The notes beneath the pieces are model-generated. The model searched no databases. It was not told where the DNA came from and saw only the letters and a program-made list of their open reading frames with translations. From NCBI GenBank assembly GCA_003561965.1, contig PWXJ01000123.1, positions 1-44,996 of the forward strand: a stretch of 44,996 nt of DNA. The letters are read 5' to 3'. Both the position numbers and the translations under genes were made by a program. Positions 9,723 to 17,560 of this stretch are shown one piece after another. The first letter of the stretch is position 1, and every line of letters begins with the position of its first letter. Origin of the DNA: PVC group bacterium (lineage in GTDB: Bacteria > Auribacterota > Erginobacteria > Erginobacterales > Erginobacteraceae).

Positions 9723-10688
9723 CTAATCTCCGTCGGACGCCCCCCCGACTTCCGGCGCCGGACCCGGGCCCGGGGTGAAGAGGGGTTCCCCCTCGAGGAA
9801 ACCGTGCTCGACCAGGAACCGGTCGGTCGCCCAGAGGGTCTGCCGGAAGTGGCGGTTGCCGTGTTCCCCGTAATTAAAGAACCCGTGGCCCAGCCCCCGG
9901 AAGGTGACCAGGGTGCAGTCGTTGCCGGCCTGCTTCATCAGGTTGGTGAAGTGGGCCGCCGCCTGGTAGGGGACGGTCCGGTCCTCGGTGCCCTGGAAGA
10001 TGATGGTCGGGGGAAGGCCGGGCCGGACCTGGTAGATCGGGGAGGCCTCTTCCGCCCGCCCCTGGAAAGCCTCCAGGCCGTCAAGGAGGTTGACGTCGAG
10101 GGCGGGATTGAAGAGGACCAGGGCCTGGGGCTCGGCGCTGATGGTGAGGTCGTCTTCCGGGTCGTCGAAACCGGTGGTCATCGCCAGGGCAGCCGCCAGC
10201 TGCCCGCCGGCCGAGCCGCCCCCGGCCGCGATCCGTCCGGGGTCGATCCAGAGCCGGTCGGCCCACTCCCTCAACCGGCGGATGGCAGTGAAGGCGTCGG
10301 CCATCGCCGCCGGGGGGAGGGTGCCGTGCCGGCCCTTGATCCGGTACTCGGCCGAGACCGCCACCATCCCCCGGCGAGCGAGGTAACGGCACTGGGGGAA
10401 GAACTGCTCCGGCGATCCCCCGTACCACCCCCCGCCGTGAAAGAAGATGATCGCCGGGCGGCGGGCTTCCGGGGCCGGGTCGGGGGGAAGAAAGATGTGC
10501 ATCCGGAGCTGGATATCGTCGACCGTCTTGTAAACCAGCGAGCGGTGGACGGTCCCCCGCTCGGCCGCCGCGATATAGGGCGGGGTGCGTTGAGCGAACG
10601 GCGGGACAACCGAAGCGCAGCCGGAGAGCGCGGCCAGCACCGCCGACAGCGCGGGCAGTAAGGATATAACAAGTTTTACCGTCTTCAT
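9723..10688 (-). CDS. Lipoprotein alpha/beta-hydrolase esterase (hormone-sensitive-lipase-like family)
   Basis: Lipobox LAALSGC, HGGGW oxyanion-hole motif and a GGSAGG nucleophile elbow. The C-terminal DRTVP...GLGHGF is consistent with the Asp/His part of the catalytic triad. Confidence 0.75.
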   Translation of the reverse strand: MKTVKLVISLLPALSAVLAALSGCASVVPPFAQRTPPYIAAAERGTVHRSLVYKTVDDIQLRMHIFLPPDPAPEARRPAIIFFHGGGWYGGSPEQFFPQCRYLARRGMVAVSAEYRIKGRHGTLPPAAMADAFTAIRRLREWADRLWIDPGRIAAGGGSAGGQLAAALAMTTGFDDPEDDLTISAEPQALVLFNPALDVNLLDGLEAFQGRAEEASPIYQVRPGLPPTIIFQGTEDRTVPYQAAAHFTNLMKQAGNDCTLVTFRGLGHGFFNYGEHGNRHFRQTLWATDRFLVEHGFLEGEPLFTPGPGPAPEVGGASDGD

Positions 10689-10951
10689 TATGGTATCCTG
10701 TCGGCCAACGGACGCTAAGATGAATTATATTAGCTTAAAGAAGACGGGAGAGAAAGGGCGATTTCCGGATAACCCGGTGTAATTCGCGGATAAACCAGGG
10801 GGCCGGGGTAGGAAAAAATTCGAGAAAATTAGTGAAATTAGCGGTTACGGAGGGGCCGGGGCGGGGGAACGATCCGTGAAGATGCGTGAAGATCAGTGGT
10901 TAAATTAATGGGGGCGGGGCGGGGCCTCATGCTGAAATCCGCGGTGAAAAT

Positions 10952-11434
10952 ATGAACTACGACCTGATCATCTTTGACGCCGACGGGACGCTGCGACGCT
11001 GCACCGTCCCGGGGCAGGTCTGTCCCAACGCGCCCGACCAGTGGGAACTCCTCCCCGGGGTGATCGAAACCCTGGCGACTATCGATTGGGGTTCACCTTC
11101 CCGCGGCCGGGCCGGCCTGGGGATCGCCAGCAACCAGGCGGGGATCGCCCGGGGCTACCTGACCGAAGAACTGGCCCGGATGATGCTGGAGGATACAGTG
11201 GAGGCGGCCGCCGGTTTCCGGCCGGTGGCGGGCTCGATCGAACTCTGCCCTCACGGGACCCGGGAGGGGTGCTCCTGCCGGAAGCCGGAACCGGGGATGC
11301 TGCTCCGGCTGATGGACTTCTGGGGGACGCCCCCGGAAAAGACTCTCTTCGTCGGGGATATGGAGAGCGACCGGGGGGCGGCGGTCAACGCCGGCTGCGA
11401 TTTTCTCTGGGCGGCCGATTTTTTCCGCCCCTGA
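10952..11434 (+). CDS. HAD-IIIA family phosphatase (GmhB / D,D-heptose-1,7-bisphosphate phosphatase-like)
   Basis: FDADGTL (HAD motif I), SNQAGIARG (motif II), CSCRKPEPGM (GmhB-type Zn/cap segment) and FVGDMESD (motif IV). Confidence 0.7.
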   Translation: MNYDLIIFDADGTLRRCTVPGQVCPNAPDQWELLPGVIETLATIDWGSPSRGRAGLGIASNQAGIARGYLTEELARMMLEDTVEAAAGFRPVAGSIELCPHGTREGCSCRKPEPGMLLRLMDFWGTPPEKTLFVGDMESDRGAAVNAGCDFLWAADFFRP

Positions 11435-11510
11435 CCCCCGGCGGGCGACGGATTATTTCCCCGGCGGCTGAAGAACCCTCCCCCGGCCGATTTGCCGCCG
11501 GCCGGCTCCG

Positions 11511-12581
11511 GTGGTATATTCCCTTTTGGTGAAAATATTTTTCATTCTTTTAACCGGAGCAAGCCTGATGAATTCCGTTGAAGCGGCAACCGGAGTTAAA
11601 ACCGCCACCTTCGCCGGGGGGTGTTTCTGGTGCCTGGAACCGCCCTTCGCCCCGATCGAGGGGGTGGTGGAAGTGATGCCCGGATACACCGGGGGAGACA
11701 CCCCCGACCCGACCTACGAAGAGGTCTCTTCCGGACGGACCGGCCACTTCGAAGCCATCCGGGTGACTTACGACCCCTCTCGGGTCTCCTACGGGCGGCT
11801 GCTGGAAATCTTCTGGCGGCAGATCGACCCCACCGACCCCGGCGGCCAGTTCGCCGACCGGGGCAGCCAGTACCGGACCGCGGTCTTCTACCACACCCCG
11901 GAACAGAGAGAGCTGACGGAGAAGTCCAGGGCGGATCTCCAGGCCTCGGGGGTCTTCGCGAAGCCGATCGTGACCGAAATCCTCCCCGCCGGAGAGTTCT
12001 TTCCGGCCGAGGAGCACCATCGGGGATACTACAAGAAATGCCCGGTCCGCTACCGGCTTTACAAGCGGGGTTCCGGCCGGGCCGCCTTCCTGGAGGAAAC
12101 CTGGGACCGGGAGAAAGCCGCGCCCTCCCCGCCCCCGACCCGGGAGAACTACCGCCGGCCGCCGGACGAAGAACTGAAGAAGACCCTGACCCCGCTCCAG
12201 TACCGGGTCACCCGACAGGACGGTACCGAGCGGCCCTTCGACAACGAGTACTGGAACAACAAGCGAAGAGGCATCTACGTCGATGTCGTCTCCGGCGAGC
12301 CGCTCTTCAGCTCGGAGGACAAGTTCGACTCCGGGACCGGCTGGCCGAGCTTCACCCGGCCCCTGGTCGAGGAGAACGTCGTCGAGCGGGAAGACCGCTC
12401 GATCTTCCCCGTCCGGACCGAGGTCCGCGGCCGGCGCGGCGACTCCCACCTCGGCCACGTCTTCCCCGACGGCCCTCCCCCGACCGGGCTCCGTTACTGC
12501 ATCAACTCCGCCGCCCTCCGCTTCATCCCCGAGGAGGATCTGGAGAAGGAAGGTCTGGGGGAATTTCTTCCCCCGAAGTAA
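11511..12581 (+). CDS. msrAB: Bifunctional peptide-methionine sulfoxide reductase MsrA/MsrB, probably exported
   Basis: GGCFWC (MsrA active site) in the N-terminal half. GTGWPSF and RYCINS (MsrB) in the C-terminal half. A hydrophobic N-terminus ([11 protein letters not shown]) suggests a signal peptide. The exact start (GTG 11511 or downstream) is uncertain. Confidence 0.9.
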   Translation: MVYSLLVKIFFILLTGASLMNSVEAATGVKTATFAGGCFWCLEPPFAPIEGVVEVMPGYTGGDTPDPTYEEVSSGRTGHFEAIRVTYDPSRVSYGRLLEIFWRQIDPTDPGGQFADRGSQYRTAVFYHTPEQRELTEKSRADLQASGVFAKPIVTEILPAGEFFPAEEHHRGYYKKCPVRYRLYKRGSGRAAFLEETWDREKAAPSPPPTRENYRRPPDEELKKTLTPLQYRVTRQDGTERPFDNEYWNNKRRGIYVDVVSGEPLFSSEDKFDSGTGWPSFTRPLVEENVVEREDRSIFPVRTEVRGRRGDSHLGHVFPDGPPPTGLRYCINSAALRFIPEEDLEKEGLGEFLPPK

Positions 12582-12628
12582 GACTTTCCCCGGGGAAGGC
12601 ATTAATCCGCAAATTTCCCAGCAAATTC

Positions 12629-12657
12629 TTTCCATATCCGGCCGGTCCCGCTATAAT
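12629..12657 (+). promoter_or_regulatory. Candidate sigma70-type promoter (TTTCCA - 17 nt - TATAAT)
   Basis: Perfect TATAAT at 12652-12657, with TTTCCA 17 nt upstream. It lies about 80 nt ahead of the lipoprotein gene start at 12736. Confidence 0.3.
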
Positions 12658-12735
12658 CGGCGCGCGTCATCAGGGGCGGGAATCTCTGCCGCCGGGGAAA
12701 ACGGCAACGGACGAGCGAGCGGGGAGGGAATCGCG

Positions 12736-13518
12736 ATGCAAACTGTATGGAATAGATTGTCCCGCCGGCCGGAACGGCCGATGATACTGCTGGCCGGGGC
12801 TCTGCTCCTGGTCGGCTGCGCCGGCTTCCAGGAACGGGCCCAGCAGGACGCCCGGGCCAATATCGCCCGGGAGACCGGGCTGGAGGCCGTCGAGGTCCCG
12901 GATACCGACGGGGAGTACCTGGGCAAGGAGCACCGTGGCTATCCGGTGCTCTACACCGGCAAGGCCGGGGACGTCTGGGGACGTTACGCCGCCCGGCTGA
13001 CAATGGGCGAGATCGGGCGCGAGGCGGGCGGGGTTCTGGCCTTCCTGACCAGCAGCTACCGGACCGGAGGCGACATCGTCGGCAGTCCGCTCGACCGGCT
13101 GCTCTCGAAGGCGATCGGCCAGCCGATCTCGGTGACGATGATCCTGGTCCACGGCCGTTTGGACGCCCCCCGGCTCGACATCGTCGGCGACTGGGCCAAC
13201 ATCAAGCCGGAGGAGAAGCTCCCCCGGGCCGGCCGGGTGGGAGTCGGGGCCGGGAATATCTATACCGCCGACCCTGAATTCGCCGGGCGGATCCTGTCCG
13301 ACCGGGCCCTGATGAGGCGGCTCGGGCACCTCCGGGGGACTTACATCCGGGTGGACGACGAGGCGGTCTCCCTCTTCTGGGCCGGACACGAGAAGGACCT
13401 CAGCCATATGATCAACGACCACGGCGGCTACTACAAAATGCTCAACGCCTTCCTCGACGACCTGGCCGACATCGCCGACGCCCTCCCCGCGGGGAAGCGG
13501 TCGCCGGCGGAAGATTAA
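12736..13518 (+). CDS. Hypothetical lipoprotein
   Basis: Start reassigned to ATG 12736 (MQTVWNRLSRRPERPMILLAGALLLVGCAGF, which has a lipobox). The track ORF from 12283 overlaps msrAB in another frame. Confidence 0.6.
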   Translation: MQTVWNRLSRRPERPMILLAGALLLVGCAGFQERAQQDARANIARETGLEAVEVPDTDGEYLGKEHRGYPVLYTGKAGDVWGRYAARLTMGEIGREAGGVLAFLTSSYRTGGDIVGSPLDRLLSKAIGQPISVTMILVHGRLDAPRLDIVGDWANIKPEEKLPRAGRVGVGAGNIYTADPEFAGRILSDRALMRRLGHLRGTYIRVDDEAVSLFWAGHEKDLSHMINDHGGYYKMLNAFLDDLADIADALPAGKRSPAED

Positions 13519-13523
13519 GCCCC

Positions 13524-14456
13524 GTGCGGGACCGGTTCGACAGAGAGATCGACTACCTGAGGATCTCGCTGACCGACCGTTGCCCCCTCCGCTGCCGCTA
13601 CTGTATGCCGGCTCAAGGGGTGGAGAAGTTCTCCCACGACGACGTTCTCCGCTTCGAGGAGATCGAGAGGGTGATCCGGATCTGCCGGGAGCTGGGTTTC
13701 GTCAAGTTCCGGTTCACCGGGGGCGAGCCGCTGGCCCGGAAGGGCGTGCTGGACTTCCTGGAAAAACTTCCCTTCCCGGGCTACTACCTGACCACCAGCC
13801 TGGCGGTGGGGAACCTCGACCTCGACCGGATCAACCGCCTCCCCCTGGCCGGCCTCAACGTCAGCTGCGACTCCCTGAAACCCGACCGCTACCGCTGGAT
13901 CACCCGGCGGGGCGACCTCGGCGTCTTTCTCCGCAACCTGGAGGGGGTCCGGGTCGAAAACCTGAAGCTCAACGTGGTGGTGATGAAGGGATTCAACGAG
14001 GACGAGATCGAGGACTTCATCGACTTCGCCCGGGAGCACCGGGCCACCATCCGGTTCATCGAGAAGATGGACTTCGCCTCCGGGGGACCGGGGTTCTCCT
14101 CCCTGGCCGGGGTCCGGGACCGGCTGGTCGAGAAGGGGATCATCGAGCCGGAGGGGAGACACCTCCACAACTCGGTCTCCCGTTATCACGATCTCCGGGG
14201 AAGGGAGGGGAAGGTCGGCTTCATCACCCCGGTCAGCCGCCACTTCTGCCCGGACTGTACCAAGATCCGGCTCAAGGCCAACGGGGAGATCAAGCTCTGC
14301 GTCTTCGCCGGCGAGAACTTCAACCTCCGCGACCGGCTGAGATCCGAACCCGACGACCGGGTGATCCGGGGATGGCTGGCCGGGCTGATCGCCCGCAAAC
14401 CCTACCGGCCGGAAGGGCCCCGGACCCGGGAGACGATGGCCGAGATCGGGGGCTGA
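13524..14456 (+). CDS. moaA: GTP 3',8-cyclase MoaA (radical SAM, molybdenum cofactor biosynthesis)
   Basis: YLRISLTDRCPLRCRYCMP (CxxxCxxC radical-SAM cluster), FTGGEPL, and a C-terminal CxxCxxxRL-type second-cluster segment (FCPDCTKIRL). Confidence 0.9.
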   Translation: MRDRFDREIDYLRISLTDRCPLRCRYCMPAQGVEKFSHDDVLRFEEIERVIRICRELGFVKFRFTGGEPLARKGVLDFLEKLPFPGYYLTTSLAVGNLDLDRINRLPLAGLNVSCDSLKPDRYRWITRRGDLGVFLRNLEGVRVENLKLNVVVMKGFNEDEIEDFIDFAREHRATIRFIEKMDFASGGPGFSSLAGVRDRLVEKGIIEPEGRHLHNSVSRYHDLRGREGKVGFITPVSRHFCPDCTKIRLKANGEIKLCVFAGENFNLRDRLRSEPDDRVIRGWLAGLIARKPYRPEGPRTRETMAEIGG

Positions 14457-14477
14457 ACCGGACGTCGGCCCGGCCGG

Positions 14478-15533
14478 TCAGGGGCGGGGTTTTTCCCCGG
14501 GGGACTCGATCCGGATCCGGGGGAGGGAGGCCGGGTGGTTCTTCCGGAGGTAGTCCAGCAGCTTCTCCCGGACCAGGCAGCGGAGGTCCCAGGCGCTGCC
14601 GGAGTCCGCGGCGCTCATCAGGGCCCTGAGCTCGACCGTCCGCTCCCGGGCCTCGGTAACCACCAGCCCGGCGACCCGCCCGTCCCAGAGCTCGCTGCCT
14701 TCGAGGATCCTGGTCACCTCCCGCCGGAGCTCCTCCACCGGGACGGTGTAGTCGGTATGGATGAAGACCGTCCCCAGCAGCTCCGAGGTCCGGCGGGTCC
14801 AGTTCTGGAAGGGTCTCTCCAGGAAGTAGGTGACCGGGACCACCAGGCGGCGCTGGTCCCAGATCGCCACCACCACGTAGGTCAGGGTGATCTCCTCGAC
14901 CTTACCCCACTCTCCCTCGACGATCAAAACGTCGTCGATCCGGATCGGCTGGGTGATGGCGATCTGGAGCCCGGCCAGGACGGACCCGATCGTCTTCTGG
15001 GCGGCCAGGCCGATCACCAGCCCGGCGATCCCGGCCGAGGCCAGGATCGAGACCCCGAGCTGGCGGACCCGGTCGAAGGACATCAGGATGGCGGCCACCG
15101 CGATCACGACCACGATAAAGATCACGATCCGCTCGATCACCCGGATCTGGGTGTAGACCGCCCGGGCCTTGAGGTTGTCCTTCTCGTCGAGCCGGTAGCG
15201 GCTCATCACCGCCTCCCGGGCCAGCCCGGCCAGACGGATGGCCAGCACGGCCAGCGCCAGGATCAGCCAGATGTTGATCAGCGGCTCGACGGTCGCCGTC
15301 GCTTCCGGGGGAAGCCGGAGGGCGGGAAGGATCAGGCGGAGAAAGAAGACCGGGAGAAAGGCCAGGACCGGTCCCCGAATTTTCTTCAGCAGTCCGGGAA
15401 CCGCGGCCAGCGCCTCGAATTGGCGGAGGAACCGCTTTTTCAGGATATAGAGCAGGACCAGGGCGGCCGCCAGCCCCAGAACCAGGGCGGCGGGAGCGGT
15501 CAGCCAGGCGGAACCGGAAAATATATCGTTCAT
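14478..15533 (-). CDS. Mechanosensitive ion channel (MscS family)
   Basis: Several N-terminal TM helices, followed by the conserved pore/beta-domain segment GLAAQKTIGSVLAGLQIAITQPIRIDDVLIVEGEWGKVEEITLTY. Confidence 0.85.
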   Translation of the reverse strand: MNDIFSGSAWLTAPAALVLGLAAALVLLYILKKRFLRQFEALAAVPGLLKKIRGPVLAFLPVFFLRLILPALRLPPEATATVEPLINIWLILALAVLAIRLAGLAREAVMSRYRLDEKDNLKARAVYTQIRVIERIVIFIVVVIAVAAILMSFDRVRQLGVSILASAGIAGLVIGLAAQKTIGSVLAGLQIAITQPIRIDDVLIVEGEWGKVEEITLTYVVVAIWDQRRLVVPVTYFLERPFQNWTRRTSELLGTVFIHTDYTVPVEELRREVTRILEGSELWDGRVAGLVVTEARERTVELRALMSAADSGSAWDLRCLVREKLLDYLRKNHPASLPRIRIESPGEKPRP

Positions 15534-15638
15534 CTTTTGTGGTATAATTGCTGTTTAACCCTGGAGAAAGTATAACTATAATTGATTTCCGGGAATAATC
15601 CAAGTTCGAAAAACCTTGAACTTATCTTGGAGGGAGAA

Positions 15639-16127
15639 ATGAATTCAGGGAAGAAATCGACGGGACGCCCCACTCACTGGGATGAAGGCGGCCGGCCCCG
15701 GATGGTCGATGTCTCGGGGAAGGAATCCACAGTGAGGGAAGCGGCGGCCGTTGGGAAGATCCTGATCAGCAAGGAGACGCTGGAGCTGGTCCGGTCCGGG
15801 CGGACGCCGAAGGGGGAGATCTTCACCGTCGCCCAGGTGGCGGGGATCCAGGCGGCCAAGCGGACCGCCGAACTGATCCCGATGTGCCACCAGCTCCCGC
15901 TGACCCACTGCGCGATCGACTTCCGGCTGGAAGAGGACGGGGTCGCGGTCGAGACCGCCGTCCGGACCCGCGACCGGACCGGGGCGGGGATGGAAGCCCT
16001 GACCGGGACCGCCGCGGCGCTGCTGACGATCTACGATATGCTCAAGGCCGTGGATAAAAGGATGGTGATCACGGAAATCGAGCTGATCAGGAAATCGGGA
16101 GGGAAGAGCGGTGACTGGAAAAAGTGA
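15639..16127 (+). CDS. moaC: Cyclic pyranopterin monophosphate synthase MoaC
   Basis: Start reassigned to ATG 15639 (GGAGGGAGAA upstream). MVDVSGK, IPMCHQLPL and GVEMEAL-like (GAGMEALTG) MoaC motifs are present. Confidence 0.9.
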   Translation: MNSGKKSTGRPTHWDEGGRPRMVDVSGKESTVREAAAVGKILISKETLELVRSGRTPKGEIFTVAQVAGIQAAKRTAELIPMCHQLPLTHCAIDFRLEEDGVAVETAVRTRDRTGAGMEALTGTAAALLTIYDMLKAVDKRMVITEIELIRKSGGKSGDWKK

Positions 16128-16602
16128 ATTCACGGCCGCCGTCCTCACCGTCTCCACCGGCTGCGCCGCCGGGGAACGGGAAGACGGCAGCGGGCCGATC
16201 CTGGTCGAAGGGCTGAAAAAACTGGGACTGGAAGTGGTCGAGACCGGGCTGGTACCGGACCAACCGGAAGCGATCCGGGAGCGGCTGCTCTACTACTGCG
16301 AAAAACTCCGGGTTGACCTGGTCCTGACCACCGGCGGCACCGGGCCCGGGCCCTCCGACATCACCCCCGAGGAGACCGGTTTCCTCTGCGACCGGCTCCT
16401 GCCGGGGCTGGGGGAGCTGATCCGGTATCAGGGAGCGAAGAAGAACCCCCGGGCCTACCTCTCCCGGGGGATAGCCGGGATCCGGGACCGGACCCTGATC
16501 GTCAACCTCCCCGGCTCGCCCCGGGGGGCCGGGGAGTCCCTGGAGGCGATCTCCGGCATCCTGGTCCACGGACTGGAGATGATCGGGGGGGGCGGACATT
16601 AG
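16111..16602 (+). CDS. mog: MogA/MoaB-family molybdenum cofactor biosynthesis protein
   Basis: The LVLTTGGTGPGPSDITPE motif and the 163-aa size are typical of MogA/MoaB. It overlaps the moaC 3' end by 17 nt. Confidence 0.85.
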   Translation: MTGKSEFTAAVLTVSTGCAAGEREDGSGPILVEGLKKLGLEVVETGLVPDQPEAIRERLLYYCEKLRVDLVLTTGGTGPGPSDITPEETGFLCDRLLPGLGELIRYQGAKKNPRAYLSRGIAGIRDRTLIVNLPGSPRGAGESLEAISGILVHGLEMIGGGGH

Positions 16603-16654
16603 GAATAGTAATCAGTAATCAGTAATCAGTAATCAGTAAGCAGTGAGCAGCGTG
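16602..16654. repeat. Heptamer tandem repeat: GGAATAG then TAGTAAT, CAGTAAT x3, CAGTAAG, CAGTGAG, CAGCGTG
   Basis: Read directly. It begins at the mog stop codon (TAG 16600-16602) and sits in the convergent gap between mog (+) and mutM (-). Confidence 0.9.
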
Positions 16655-16682
16655 ACAGACGCCATACCCCGATAACCACTGC

Positions 16683-17528
16683 CTAAATCTGGCAGGCGGG
16701 ACAGAAGTGGGCGGTGCGGCCGGCGACCCGGGCGGTGGCGACCGGCTCGGAGCAGCGGGGGCAGGGGAGCCCCGGCTTCTGGTAGACCTTCAACTTCTCC
16801 TGGAAGGTCCCCAGCTCACCGGCGGTGTTGACGTACTGGCGGTCGGCGGCGCTGGTGCCAAAGCACCTGATCGCTTCCCGCAGGACCTCCCGGACGCTCT
16901 TCACCAGCTTGCCCGCTTCGGCTTCGGTGATGGAGCCGGCCGGGCGGAGGGGGTGGATCCCGGACCGGAAGAGGGCCTCGTCGGTGTAGATGTTGCCCAG
17001 CCCGGCCACCACCTTCTGGTCGAGGAGGACCGCCTTGACCGGGCCCTTCCGGCCCCGGAGGCTCTCCCGGAGGCGGGCCGGGGTCCAGCCGCGCTCCAGC
17101 GGTTCGGGGCCGAGGGCGAAAGGGTTGACCCGCGTCTCCCCCTCCTCTTCCGAGAAGAGGTAGACCTCGCCGAATTTCCGGGGGTCGACGAAGCAGAGTT
17201 CCTCACCTCCCTCCAGGCGGATCACCAGGCGGGTGTGGGAATACCGGGGACCGCCGGGCGGCCGGAAGAGGAGCTGTCCGGACATCCCCAGGTGAACGAT
17301 CAGGGTCCGGCCGTCGTCGAGGTTGAAAAGCAGGTACTTGGCCCGCCGTCCGATGGAGACGATCTTCCGCCCGGCCAGCCTCCGGAGAAACTTCCGGCTG
17401 CAGGAGCAGCGGCGGATCACCCGGCAGCCCCGGGGGTCGGGGGGGATGGATACCCGCTCAATCTTCTTCCCCTCGATCCGGGAGGCCAGCTCCCGCCGGA
17501 TCGTCTCGACTTCCGGCAGCTCAGGCAC
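16683..17528 (-). CDS. mutM: Formamidopyrimidine-DNA glycosylase (Fpg/MutM)
   Basis: N-terminal (M)PELPEVETIRREL with the catalytic Pro2/Glu3. H2TH region. C-terminal zinc finger CPRC...CPAC. GTG start at 17526-17528. Confidence 0.9.
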   Translation of the reverse strand: MPELPEVETIRRELASRIEGKKIERVSIPPDPRGCRVIRRCSCSRKFLRRLAGRKIVSIGRRAKYLLFNLDDGRTLIVHLGMSGQLLFRPPGGPRYSHTRLVIRLEGGEELCFVDPRKFGEVYLFSEEEGETRVNPFALGPEPLERGWTPARLRESLRGRKGPVKAVLLDQKVVAGLGNIYTDEALFRSGIHPLRPAGSITEAEAGKLVKSVREVLREAIRCFGTSAADRQYVNTAGELGTFQEKLKVYQKPGLPCPRCSEPVATARVAGRTAHFCPACQI

Positions 17529-17555
17529 TATTCCCTATTCCCTATTCCCCATTCC
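17528..17555. repeat. Heptamer tandem repeat CTATTCC x3 + CCATTCC (minus strand: GGAATGG GGAATAG x3)
   Basis: Read directly. It occupies almost the whole 32-bp gap between the TPR gene stop (17561) and the mutM GTG start (17528). Confidence 0.9.
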
Positions 17556-17560
17556 CCGAA

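Noticed and set aside
12283-12735. Upstream part of the 411-aa ORF 12283-13518.
   Set aside because: It overlaps the msrAB 3' end out of frame and has low-complexity composition. An internal ATG at 12736 gives a clean lipoprotein signal sequence.
15534-15638. Molybdenum-cofactor riboswitch upstream of moaC.
   Set aside because: The gap is only about 105 nt and AT-rich. It looks like a divergent promoter (GGTATAAT) and lacks the multi-helix conserved structure expected of the Moco RNA motif.
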